Source: Amoeboaphelidium protococcarum X5
Taxonomy: Eukaryota; Fungi; Aphelidiomycota
Assembly (NCBI GenBank): GCA_023515725.1
Contig: JALDTO010000098.1
Coordinates: 1,576,164 to 1,640,163, forward strand
Direction: 5' to 3'
Length of the DNA: 64,000 bases
Below the pieces are notes generated by a model. That model was not told the DNA's origin. It was given only the letters and a program-made list of their open reading frames with translations, and made no database searches. Below are positions 31,994 to 44,648 of the stretch, one piece after another. The translations under genes were made by a program, and so were the position numbers. Position 1 is the first letter of the stretch. Each line of letters starts with the position of its first letter.

Positions 31994-33001
31994 ATGCTCC
32001 AAGGACCAAAGCTTAAAAGTGAACAAGAGATCATAAACATTCGGGTCAACTCTGATATTGATAGCTATATTAGTGAAAGCGATGCTGAATCCCAAGTGTC
32101 TGTAGAGTCTCTCGAATTACCGATAGATATCAATTTGGAGGATGATTTAAATTAGTTAATGACTGCTAAACTGCTAGCTAATCGCGTTTATCTTGATGAA
32201 GAAGCTGATGCGTGGGAGTTTCTTGAGCCTCATAATTCTACTACGTTTGGTGCTATTTAGATTGTAAAGAAGCCTACTGCCTTTTAAATGATGCATATGG
32301 TTTGAAATCCATTTTTGTATCAAAGTTTACAGCCTATTGACTCTCTTGACGCCCTGGCTGCTATCGTTGGTGCTCCAGCAAATTGGCTTGATATTGCAGA
32401 GGAGAAAGTAATGAATAATCGTATTGTCAGACGATGTTATCGCGATTTATTTAGTATAGATGTATCTGGAAGCGAAAGTGTAATTCAAGATGCCTTTGAT
32501 GATCTCGTGATGAAAGTTGGCTCGTGTCTTGGAATATCTGTCAAGTGTATTCACAATAAATCATTCATTGTTGGCGGTGTGTTGGCACGCTCAAAGTACG
32601 ACATTCGCGGTAGATCTGACACAGTTTTCAAAGGTTGGTCTGGGAACTCATTGTTGGCTACTGAGTGCAAAAATGCCTCAGCATTCCCAACAGATAAGTT
32701 GTGGCACCATGGCTCGCGTGGCATCCAGACGATATCGACTATGTATCGCTCTGGATGTCCAACCATTCTCTATTCGCAGAAGGCCTTTAAAGTCTTTGTG
32801 GAGAGTGAGAGTAGGGATGCCATATACACCTGGCCGTTTGGGGACAGTGTCTCTGCTGACAACAGAGAATCTTACTCTAGGCAGAAGGTGGCGCATTTTT
32901 ACTCTGTGCAACAGATAACAAGCGTGATACTACTGTATCTGTAATATCTATTTGTTTACTGGCGTGCGGTGATGATGAACGCGACGCTTCATTAAAAATG
33001 A
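31994..33001 (+). pseudogene. PD-(D/E)xK nuclease-like (effector-type) gene with an in-frame TGA
   Basis: Open frame from ATG 31994 broken by a single TGA at 32303-32305; E..Q, GRSD, ATECK and Q....MY pattern. Confidence 0.6.
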
Positions 33002-33291
33002 TCTGAGTTGAATAAGTTGTTTGCTGATGAGAGTGAACACCAAGTTAATATATCTGCTTAAAATCAATGTGATTTTTAATTAGTTTCAAAAGCAATCGCA
33101 CTTATTTCATAATCAAGAGATTTAAGATCTCAGTTTGATATCTTGAAAAGGCTGACAAATCGACCGCTGAGTTTCGCGTCTCTGATGACGTAATCACGTC
33201 AAATCTATAATTCAACCGCTCATTCAACCATCTCTTTTCTTCTTCTTCTTCTTCATCTTCTTCATCGGTATATTCAATTGATATATTCAGC

Positions 33292-35307
33292 ATGGAATCT
33301 GCGGGCGATTAAAGACAGGTTCAAATATCATTTCAGAATACAAATGTGTTTATTAAAGTTAACAAGCCTGTCCAAGTCAAGAATCAGAATCTGCTGTCTC
33401 GATTGAAACAAAGCGTTATTGAAAATTTTTCGTATCGCCAGAAGGTGGAGCGTCAAGTTTTGCATAACTTGTATGGCGCATTTCTTCCTGGCAGATTATG
33501 TGTTATTTTGGGTGGCTCTGGCGCTGGAAAGAGTGTCCTACTCAACGTTTTGTCAGGTAATGGAGCAGCTCTATAAGGTACTCGAGTTGAGAGCGACGTT
33601 TATGTCAACAGTGAATTGGTAAAAGATGGCCGCTTTATGAATTAAATTAGTGGATTTGTGCAGCAAGATGATTTATTTCAAGGTACTATGACAGTGTATG
33701 AATGTCTTATGATGAGTGCCAAGCTAAGACGTCCCGACTTAAATCATGAAGAACGCGAGCGTGTTGTTGATAGAGTATTAAAGTCGCTGCTTATTAGTCA
33801 CATCCGCGACTCCCCTATTGGATCTGCAATGAAGAGAGGAATCAGTGGTGGTGAGAGAAAGCGTGTATCTATCGGTATGGAACTCGTTGCCAACAGCCCG
33901 GTGCTGTATTTGGATGAGCCAACATCTGGTCTTGATGCTTTCTCCTCTCTTCTGGTGATTCAACTATTACGCAAGTTAGCTGAAGAAGGTAGAACCATTA
34001 TTGCGACAATTCATGCTCCATCCAGTTAAATGCTGGAGTTGATGCACGACATTCTGATTCTGTCTGATGGAAAGATTATATATCATGGCCCTTAAGAGTC
34101 TATGCAGTAGTATTTCGCGTCACTGGGATATGATTTCCCAAGATATGCTAATCCTGCAGATCACATATTTATCAGTGTGCTGCGTAAGAATGGCGAAAAT
34201 GAGACATTGATTAGCTCAGCTGAAAGAATTTCATAACTTAATGATGCATATCTAAATTCTGAGCTTGCCTAAAGAATGAAGTAACTGATTGAGAATAAGC
34301 CTGATGGATCAATCACTGCGAGCATGCTCAAGTCTACAGCGCCATTTGACGTATAGACTAGATTCCTATTTTCTAGAACTTTGCTTAAAGTATTCCGAGA
34401 TCCATCGTATATTCTAACTAGGATTGTAACCACTACTGGACTGGCTTTATTTATTGCTCTGGTTTACTTGAACGCTGGTAGAACCACGGCTGTACCGCCT
34501 CAAGCGGTGTTTTAGAGTCTCCTAGGTGCAATGTTTTTGATTCTTATCAATTAGACGTTTGTGAGTTTCAATAGTGTTCTGCATGTATTTGGAGGAGAAA
34601 AGCCGCTGTTTGAACGTGAATATGGTGCTGGTTATTATAGAATTCCGTCTTACTTCTTGTCCAAGGTGCTCATTGAGCTACCGTTCCAGCTCATATTTCC
34701 CATTATTCTGTGCTTCGTAGTTTACTGGATTATTGGATTTAGAGATGGATTTGAGAACTTCCTATTGTTCACATTGTTCGTGACTTTGATTGCATTATTT
34801 GGTACTGTACTCGGATTGGCACTGGGTGCTATTTTTAAAAGTGTCGATTCTGCTACAGTACTGGGACCTTTAGTTATTCTGCCTCTAGTAATCATGGGTG
34901 GTTTCTTCGTCAACTTGATCATCGTTCCCGTATGGCTCAGATGGATCTAATGGATTTCACCTCTACAGTACGCGTTCACTGGAATGGCCAGGAGTCAGCT
35001 TGTTGGCAACTCGATAAATGGAGTTCCTGGAGAGTAGCAGCTAGAGCAAATAGGCGCTTTGGACCGTTTCAGTACGGGAATTAATGTCATCTTTATCCTC
35101 GCAATTATTGGAGTTTTAATCGCTATTGCTTATATTGGGCTGGTGAGATCTGTTTATGCTGCCGGTATTGGTAGAAGAGACGTCGTTCTTAGGCGTAAGA
35201 AGATTCTTCGTGCAGACGCCAAATGGTAAAAGGCTCAATAGCGTACTGCCAATGGTGGAGTTAAGCAGCCGGAAATGCACCAACTAGACCAATACAACGT
35301 GGTGTGA
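33292..35307 (+). CDS. ABCG (White-type) half transporter
   Basis: GGSGAGKS, ISGGERKR, LDEPTSGLD and TIHAP, followed by a TMD with FERE and VLIELP. Confidence 0.95.
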
Positions 35308-35433
35308 TTGATTTGTCTCTGACAAATGTATTAAGACAGTGAAAACAAATCTTCCTTTATTTACCATAGACTCAATCATTTTACTTTTCTTGCATACCGT
35401 CAAGCTTTCAACCTGAATCATTCAGTTATTCAT

Positions 35434-36066
35434 TCAATCTTTGGGCATTAGTATTCTGATAACCTTTGACACGGTCCATGAACCAATTCTCCAACCTTGT
35501 TGAAATACGACAAAAGCTTATTTGGCAGATCGTTTGAACTCTTGAATATCTTTGGACACAAAAAATGAACTGATCAGAAATATCAATGTGAATACAATAG
35601 CCACAGTTGTCCAGCGCTACACATCAGTTGGTATTAATGGACAATATGCAATCAAGCACACTATAGTAAGTAAGATGAATACCTTGATGGTATTCCATAG
35701 CTCAGATGGCTCTGTGGGAATGATGAAACCTTCTCGAAATGACTTGCGGTCAAATACAATCAGCGGATGTCTCTAAGTAGTTACCGGCAGCTTTTCCAGG
35801 CTTTACTCTGCAGAGATCTCAGATCCCTTCCTATCTAGGAGAGCAATATCGCCACTGCCCACATCATGCAGAGTCGGAATCCGTTCCTTGACACGCGTGA
35901 TCAAATCATCAACCAGCTAATCGTTTTCAAACATGCGCCTTGTAAATGAAGTTGATCTCGCCTCTTTGCCATAACGGACCCAAATTCTATCAGGACTATG
36001 AGGTGTGGTAGATGATGCTTTGTCTTCTCTAGGCACAGGACTATCTGGATTATAAGATCTCGTCAT
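35434..36066 (-). CDS. Ubiquitin-like (Crinkler-header-like) domain plus two TM helices
   Basis: 211-codon TGA-free frame: IWVRY...LVDDLITRVK...HPLIV, then two hydrophobic helices ending ISSFFVSKDIQE. Confidence 0.7.
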
Positions 36067-36420
36067 TACCGGAGTTGATATCTGTAGTTAGCTCCGCAGA
36101 ATTCGTAATAAAAATAACAGTCAAATGAAAATAACCTTGATTCTAACAGCTTAAATAAGACTATTACTAATTCTGACGTTGATGACTGACCAAGTTTATA
36201 ATCAGAACTCAAACATTTGCATTCAATCCCCGCATGAATCATCAACACAAATTTTGAAACTCGTCTCAATCAGATGAAACGACTCTTTGTGGGTTTTTGC
36301 TATTTAAAAGCCATTTTATAACCAAAAACCACGCGAAACTACTAAGCTTTAAAGACGATAAGCTAAAGAGAGTTTTAAAAAGATTTAAATAAACTTTTAC
36401 TGTGTACTGAGAGCCAAATG

Positions 36421-37071
36421 TCATTTTTAAGAGTATCTCCGTATAAGCTCATCTTTAAAGTGCTAATGTTTAATTCCAGGAGGCCTAGCCTTTGCCCACA
36501 TTTCAATGGCAGATTAAACATCAAATTAATGCACCTTGATCAGATATGAGCATATCATGAAGCCAGTTCTATTCTAGCCATAATGACAGTGAACTCCTAC
36601 TTCTACATCCTTTGGAACGCCGGGCCGCAAGAGGTACTCCTGCACTATATCACAAAATTGTTACACCTCTTCATCCGTTGGAGGAATCTTACTCGCAGTC
36701 CCAATCTTGTGGTATGTAATATTGAAGTCTGTGAGATTTGTCATATATGGAGGCTCATCCTTTGATATATCGATAATCAATCGAACATTGGGATACCGTT
36801 AACTGAACACCGCCGGCGAATGATCTTCATCGTCATGGCGCAGAGTCTTCATACCCCGAATATTGGTACCACCCACAAGTTCAGATACTGGAACTGTAGC
36901 TTTCCACTTTTCATAATTCTTCAATGACCATTTCTCAGAGGACGGATCGTTAATATCTTCCCCATCGTCTTCTTCAACGTCCACTTTCTTCGGTTACCAT
37001 GATACATTCGTCGACTCTTCCCGCTGCTTTCCTTAGAGTACATTATTAGCAGATGAAGTGGTATCGGTCAT
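36421..37071 (-). CDS. Dual-specificity / RNA-triphosphatase-like phosphatase
   Basis: Active-site VHCHYGQNRTGF; also KWSLKNYEKW..VPVS, MKTLR, SKIPP and RPPGIKH.HFKDEL.RY. Confidence 0.9.
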
Positions 37072-37401
37072 TATGATGATTTTATTATTAACGGTATCTC
37101 TAGGCAAAAGACGTACAGAGTATCTTGAATATAGCCAGGTGAAGAAGTGGAGTGTATTTGCACTCTTTTGCACAATATATACAAATTTCTCTAGCCGGCG
37201 GTGATGGCCTCTTTGTAGAAGCGACCAACGTCCGAACGAATGAAAAAAGGAGAAATTTTTCTCGGCTCAGCTCGTTCCATTTTCAACGTCTCGACGCGCC
37301 GACCGTGCGGCTGAATCTCTGTTAGAATTACTACTGGTAGTTGTTAGATCTGTCGTCATTTCTTCTTATTATTCATCTTGTTGGTTTATTATACTGATTG
37401 G

Positions 37402-37971
37402 ATGAAACTGCCCTTGCTGAATGTGATCGACTTTTACAATGCTACTTACCGCAAGGGACGCGTATTCGCCATGGATTTGGGGACCAAGAGAATCGGTCTA
37501 GCAGTTGCAGACTTTTAATAACAGGTGGCATTCCCAGTGGCTTCAATCCTGACTCCACCACCCCATATGCTTAGTACCGTAATAAACTCTGTACTCATGC
37601 AGTCTGTGCACAATTTAACGATCAATGATGTGAGCGGATATATCATCGGGGAACCGCTCGATTTCTCTGGATAGTAGACGAGATAAAGCCGCGTACACTT
37701 GAATTACATGCTTAAATGTGCTCAAGCAGTTCCAAAGATAGAGCAGTTGGCTGTCGGAAGAAAGCCTCTGGACGAGCGTTTAGTCGGCGGCCCGTTCCAA
37801 TGGAAGAACGTTGTGATGATTGACGAGCGTTTCAGCACTGCCATTGTGAGAAGAAACTTTAAGTCTCAACCTTAATCATAATCCATGAGGCATCGCTATG
37901 CAGTATCAAAGGACACATAGTCAGCTGTGTATATTCTCGAGACATATCTTGAAATGATAAAATAGTATTGA
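37402..37971 (+). CDS. yqgF: YqgF/RuvX RNase H-fold nuclease
   Basis: AMDLGTKRIGLAVAD, IIGEPL..SG, IDERFST and KD..SAVYILETYL; absent from the ORF track because of TAR codons. Confidence 0.88.
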
Positions 37972-38047
37972 TATGTACAGCGTCGATTTTTTTTGTTTTT
38001 GAAGAGTTTTCATGCTTGCACGCGCAATATAAACTGCGATATCTAAA

Positions 38048-39472
38048 ATGGCACGTCGAAAGCCTATCATTGCTATTGTTGGAGCAACAGGGACAGGTAA
38101 ATCCAAACTGGGTATTGAATTGGCTCAGAAATTCAATGGCGAAGTGATTAACGCTGATGCTCTACAAGTGTACAAAGGCCTGGATATCTCTACGAATAAA
38201 GTTACGGAGAGGGAGATGGCTGGTGTAAAGCATCATCTTTTATCTTTCCAGGACGTGCGATTATGGCATCGGTATCGTGATACTCATATGAAAGACTATA
38301 CCATAGTGGATTTTATTAAAGACGCCACAGCAGCTATTGATGACATTCACGCGCGTGGTAAATTGCCTATCGTAGTCGGAGGAACGCATTATTACGTGTA
38401 GCGATTGTTGTGGTAAGATGAGCACTTGGAAGATGCATTATATGCCCCTCATTAGACTTTGCCGATATAAAAGGAGTATTATAATAATTTCTCTGAATCT
38501 GAAAGATTAAGAATTAAAGGGCTTTTGGATAAGAATGATCATAATGAAATTTATAAAGAGTTGTAGAGAGTTGATCCAATTATGCTCACCAGATGGCATA
38601 GAAATGATACGCGCAAGATTAAGAGAAGTCTGGAAGTTTATTACGAGAGTGGCCAACAACATAGTTAGTTGCTCTCAGGTTAGTAGACTCGATTTACTGA
38701 ACGATACCCTGCCGTGGTGTTTTGCATGTACAGCGATAATATATATTTGCACCCTCGATTAGATACGCGTGTTGATTAAATGTTTGAACGCGGCCTGCTT
38801 TAAGAGTTGATAGATGTACATCAGAAGGTAGTGTAAACACTTGCGCCTGATTTGGATGAGACTTAAGATCTATGCGATGTAATTGATATCTCTCGTGGCG
38901 TTCTGTAGTCTATCGGATATAAAGAGTTTCGTCATTATCTCCACAAGTATCCTGACTCTACGCAGTCGGATATTGAGTAGATTGATGATCTCTAATAGCG
39001 GAACATGTTTCTGCAGAGCGTGGAACTTATGAAGTAGAATACGCGATCGTTGGCCAAAATGCAATTGAAATGGATTAAGCATAAAATGGCTCCAGTGCTG
39101 CATAAGGTGAAAACACCATTTTATATCTTGGACGTGTAAGAAGCATCTCTCGATCAATGGAATAAAGTCATAAACTTTGCGACATCGGTCGTTGCTAAAT
39201 TCGAGCATGATGATCAGCTACCGAATGTTCATGACTGGAACGGCCCATTATAAGAGGCACTACTCTAAAAATCTGTAGCTTCAGAAGACGAATGTAAGTA
39301 CTTTAAAGAGTCTTGTGCAGTTTGTGATAAAGTTATTCATGGGAGACGTGAGTGGGAAATCCATCTGAGCTCTCGAAAGCACAAATCTGCTCTACGACGA
39401 TTGAACAATCCTAGAAAACCGTACGCTAAAAAGGTCTCTGATGATGATTAGTCTATATAAAATGCAAACTGA
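38048..39472 (+). CDS. MOD5: tRNA dimethylallyltransferase
   Basis: GATGTGKS, INADALQVYKGLDISTNK, VVGGTHYYVQ and a C-terminal C..C..W..H..SRKH zinc finger. Confidence 0.95.
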
Positions 39473-39547
39473 CTTTGGTACCATTATTATACTTTATACA
39501 ATCAATAAATATACATTTCATCTTTAAACATTATACGTTACAGAACT

Positions 39548-40349
39548 TCAAATCTTCACTGACTTAACATGCAGCACGCGATTCTCGGTATGAATAAACA
39601 GTATCCACAAGGAGATCATTGTGGACAGGAGTGCCATCAATGATAGAAGCAGAAGGACATAAGTTGAAGTCATGTTTCTGCATTAGGATACTTGGATGTA
39701 ATGGGCATCTCTCGTCACCTTCCTTTACCAAATCTGCAAAGATTGTTCTACAGACAAGGGATAATCATTCTAGTCATTGAATCCATCATATCGCTAAGAC
39801 TAATCCCAACTCTCTGCAGTGGTGGATCGCTTTCGCAATTACACTTGTTTGTTTGACGCCACGGCATCACCAGCATCAGTTTCAACATCATCTTCGCCAT
39901 TCATTTAATCATCCGAGTCCTCATCTACAGCATCAAAGCCATCATATTCATACTCGACATCTTCGTAACTCATTATAACGTCATGCTCCTATAAAGGTTC
40001 AACGTAAGGCACAGGCAAGTGCTAGTAATCAAAACGATCAGCTCGTACATCTCCTTCGTCAACTTGAATTTGATCCTCATCATCATATTATTCTGAAGAC
40101 GAATATTCACCATCATCAAAATATGCCAACCGTTAATCATCTGTACCATCACGCTTCTAGTAAAATTTCACAGACTACTTTTGCATGACTGAATCATCAC
40201 CACCGATACGGCTTACGTCAACAAGTGAAGACGAGACCGTTGAGCAATATGAAGCGCAAAGAAGCAAAAGGCAAGAGTACCTACACTAACTCAAGTAATA
40301 ACAAGTGAGAAAAGAGTACGATATATCAAATTTACTGCATCATCGTCAT
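39548..40349 (-). CDS. Orphan acidic protein with signal peptide and C-terminal TM helix; intron 40281-40335
   Basis: Spliced N-terminus MTMMQYSCLLLLCASYCSTVSS, D/E-rich body, KR sites and TM VLLLLSLMALLSTMISLWILFI. Confidence 0.7.
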
Positions 40350-40647
40350 TATGAGGACCCTACGAACAATAGAATAGTGAGCTTTGACGTTTATGGAAGT
40401 GGAGCAGCGATATGAAACGACACACGAAAGAACAAAAGGCCACACACGTTTCAACTTATCTTCGAATCAAACAATGGGTGCGAGCGTGGGAAAGTTTGAC
40501 GCGACCCGACTGATCCCGATGCATCACGGTGGATGATGTTATCACTAAATTCAAGAGGCTATACCTAGAATAAAAAGGCCAATTGCGTCTTAAGTTTATG
40601 GAAGAATACGAACCTAATTATTATATGGGTAATCATAAAATCATTAA

Positions 40648-41841
40648 TCAAACTTTATGATAGTTGCTTGGAACAAAAGGCATTTTAGTGATAGTGGCTG
40701 ATTAATCGCGGCCGCGAACCGATACAGTCACTTCAGTTCCAGCTTTGTGATTACCGCTGCTGACGTAACCCATGGCGATGTTCTTCTTTAAAGTTGGTGA
40801 TGGACATCCACTAGTGATTTTACCAATCTCAGCAGATCCATCAGCATTCTTGATAGCATAGCCTTCGCGTGCAGGCGCTTTATCAACGATCAGTCCCACT
40901 CTGCGTCTCTGCACTGATTTGGGATTATTCAACTAATGAGACACCTTATCCGCTCCCAGGAATCCAAGTTCTTATCTTCGCTTCTTACTTATGGTCCATG
41001 CCAATGACGCCTCCACTGGACTGATAGTTTCATCGATGTCGTGCCCGTATAGACAAAGGCCGGCTTCCAAACGCAAAGTGTCACGACTGCCTAAACCGGC
41101 CCATTCTACCAACTTCTCGCCTTATTGAGACTTGAATTTTAACAAAATATCCGCCAACTCTTCAGCCTAAGTAGATCTCACCTAAATCTCAAATCCATCT
41201 TCACCAGTGTATCCGCACCTGGATACGAGACACTTGATACCATTCAAAGACATTTTCTAACTGGACATGAATGGAAACGCGTTCAAATCAGATTTAGCAC
41301 TCAACTAAGACAGTATTGACGCACTCTTGGGGCCTTGCAGCGCTAGTAAAGAGTACTCATCCAACACCTGGAATTGAACATTGCCACTCCCAAACTTCTT
41401 CAAATACTTTTGAATGTGAGCGATGTCCTTGTCAGCACAGCCAGCATTACTCACCATAAAAATATGATCCTTCTGGACATTTAGGATCGCATCATCCACT
41501 ATACCTCCACTTTCATTCATCAGTAGTGTGAGTGAACTCTAGTTCTCCTTCATGCTTTGCAAGTCACACACCGTGATGCTCTCTAAGAACTTTACGCGGT
41601 CTTCACCATAGAAGCGTGACTGCAGCATATGGCTAACATCGAACAATGAAGCTGAATTTCTCGTATGGTGCACCTCATCAATAATACTTCTGCCTTGATA
41701 TTGGAGCGGCATGGCCCAGCCAGCAAAGTCAACCATCTTGCCACAAGACTTTAAATGCAGATCATACAGAGCAGTCTTCTTAAGAACGTTACGACCTCCC
41801 TCAGACGAAGCGAATTTAACTTACTAAACCGCCTTCAACAT
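40648..41841 (-). CDS. GCV1: Glycine cleavage system T protein
   Basis: [55 protein letters not shown] and TSGCPSPTL. Confidence 0.97.
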
Positions 41842-42078
41842 ACCTTCACACTTACTAGTTTAAACTAACAAGAAGACTTAAATCCTTGTACTGTATAAAT
41901 GCAAGTTTTATACAAAAGCTAAGACGTGACGTGACGAAACAGACTCAAAGCGATGGCGACGACTTTCTGCTGCGCCCAAAACTAAAATTCTCCTTACACA
42001 AAGCTTTAACAGTCAGAGAACTTCCAGGAGAAACTGCTGCCGTCTAATAGAAAGAATCAGTGCGGAATTGTCAGAAAG

Positions 42079-43428
42079 ATGTAAAAGATTCAGTCTCTCC
42101 ACTAGAAAAGTTCATCAACTATAAAATCTAGTCAAATCTCGATCAAGCGAATGTCGCATGCAAAGGTTGTAACGGATTACACAAATTATCTAACGTAAGA
42201 ATCTCTGAATAGAAAGCCTTCTGCCATTAGATCCTTACAACCTCTGATTAATCTCCCTGGTATGATTTCGCTTGGTGGAGGCATTCCAAATTTGCAAACC
42301 TTTCCCATTGTAAATATATCAATCCAATGTCGAGATGGATAGACTATTGAACTTGGTAAAGGTGACACGGCGAAGGCTCTATAATACAGTGGCACTTAAG
42401 GAGTCCCTTAGCTTGTGCAATGGATTAAAAATTTATAGAAGCGAATGCATAATCCACCACAGTTTTAGTCTAACTATGATGTCATTGTCACTAATGGATC
42501 TCAGGATGGCCTGACGAAAGCTTTTGAAATGCTTATTGGATCAGGTGATGTTATATTGGTGGAGAATCCCACTTATTCCGGTTCTCTTGCTTATCTGCAC
42601 CCCAAGACTGATTCTTGTCATATTTAGAGTGTCAGTATTGATTAAGATGGCCTTAATCCGATCCAACTTCGCTAATCTATCCAATAATCTATCCGAAAGT
42701 ACGGACGTTATCCCAAATTCTTGTATACCATACCTACTGGTGCTAATCCGTCGTCCGTTACAACATCGCTGGAGCGAAGGCGCGAGATTTACACCATTTG
42801 TAGAGAGTATGATCTGCTGATTCTTGAAGATGATCCATATTATTTCCTACAGTACTCACCTCAATACATGCCATCATATCAGTCGATGGATGTGGATGGA
42901 AGAGTGCTGAGATTCGATTCCTTTAGTAAAATAGTATCCAGCGGTATGAGACTTGGCTTTGTCAGTGGCCCATCTGCTCTTATAGAGCGAATTGTGCTGC
43001 ATGAACAATCTACCAATTTGCATTCATCTGGCATCAGTTAAATGATGTTATGGTCGATCATTGATCAATTATGGAAATAGGGAGTAGATGAATTTCTAAA
43101 GCATTGCCATTAGGTTGCCTAATTCTATGAATAAAGGTGTCAAGTTTTGGTGGCAGCATGCAAGAAACATCTACCGGACAATGTCACGTACACTGTCCCA
43201 CAGGCTGGAATGTTTCTATGGCTTAATTTGCATTGTGACACTCGATCACTTATCAAGGAAAAGGCTGTTGAAAGTAAAGTTTTGCTCTTACCTGGGATTG
43301 AGTTCATGCCTAATCATCATATTGATCCACAATTGTCATCGACATTTGTAAGAGCATCTTTTAGCTCAGCTTCGGAAGAAGATTTGGTAGAAGGCATTAG
43401 AAGACTGGGTGAACTGCTTAAGAAATGA
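42079..43428 (+). CDS. AADAT: Aminoadipate/aromatic aminotransferase (AADAT/ARO8 family); alternative start 42151
   Basis: MISLGGG.PN, VTNGSQ, YTIPTGANP, ILEDDPYY and FDSFSKIVSSGMRLG. Confidence 0.93.
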
Positions 43429-43653
43429 AAGCGATGTCTAAATCTAGTTATTACTACTATATTCTAGACTAAGTAATTATAGGTTGCTAAATTTTATTAT
43501 TTACACTTCTTTCAATTTCAATTTTTTAGTGATCTCTTCAAATTACACAGCCGTGGCAATAATCGGAGAATTTATATTTATCAATTAGACGCGACAATTG
43601 TCCACATGCTTTGTAACGACTATCAATGTAAAAAAGTAATTTCTTAATCATTA

Positions 43654-44337
43654 TCATTTTGACACTTTACCTCGAGGGGATTGAGATGACGGTCTTGAAT
43701 TTCGCAAACTCTAGTTGACCACCACTTCTGTAAGAGTATTATTGTCTTCGAGATGATTTCCATGAGCATTTATCAACTAAGTTGATGATGTCTACTGAGG
43801 CAACTACTATTACTACACGTCAGAGCTTCGCGATTGTTGTAGAGACCGAGCACCAGAATTGAACACTATAGGAGCAATATCAACTCTCATACAAAGATAT
43901 TCCGAGAGAAGAACAGCGCATATGCACGAGATGATATAGAGAATAGCCCATAGGGAATTGAGATGATCATCGCGCCTTCTCAATATGAGAATAGTAATAA
44001 GGTGGAGCAAGTAGAACGTACATCCAAAATCCAGACATAATTTGGGCCGCTTCACAAAATACAAAATAGCGGCAGATACAAGAAGCGGTACTAAGAGGAG
44101 CAAGTACAATAAATCCGCTGCGCCATACACTTCAAATGAGAAGATTCGTTCCAATTGATATCGGAATATAAACAATATAGTGAACAAGGCAACGTATACA
44201 GAGCTCTAAACAGCCAGAATTTAAGCAATTATTAATTTAGGGTCCCATTTGGAAGATCTAAATTAACTCTAAGCACCCCTCCTACTTTAAGAATCACCTC
44301 TAACAGTACCACCATTACCAGAACCAAGAGAAGTCAT
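43654..44337 (-). CDS. SYS1: Golgi membrane protein Sys1
   Basis: FRSSKWDPKLIIAQILAVQ, VKRPKLCLDF and SEYLCMR. Confidence 0.9.
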
Positions 44338-44648
44338 TTAGACATCCGATTACTAAGAGTTTGCAACGAGTGAATATTTCTTTCCATTTATCAAACTATC
44401 AGTACCAGTCTTTATTTACTAAATTATTGCATTAGAAGCAGTAGATACAGCATTAAGTATTCTAACAGGCGTAGTCATTTCAATCTATTCAAGTGCGAAT
44501 GTGTATGCAAAATAATTGACCGCGATGGACTTGACGTTGCTTTTTCTGAAGAGAGAACGATCATTAAAATCCAATACGCGTCTTGTAAACTCTATAGAGA
44601 AAAGTGCTCATCAACATATCGCGTTCGTGCTTCTATTACGATATTGAA

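Noticed and set aside
32303-32305. Selenocysteine or TGA read-through in the nuclease-like gene
   Set aside because: No redox-motif context, no SECIS recognised, and a likely second lesion downstream; a nonsense mutation is simpler.
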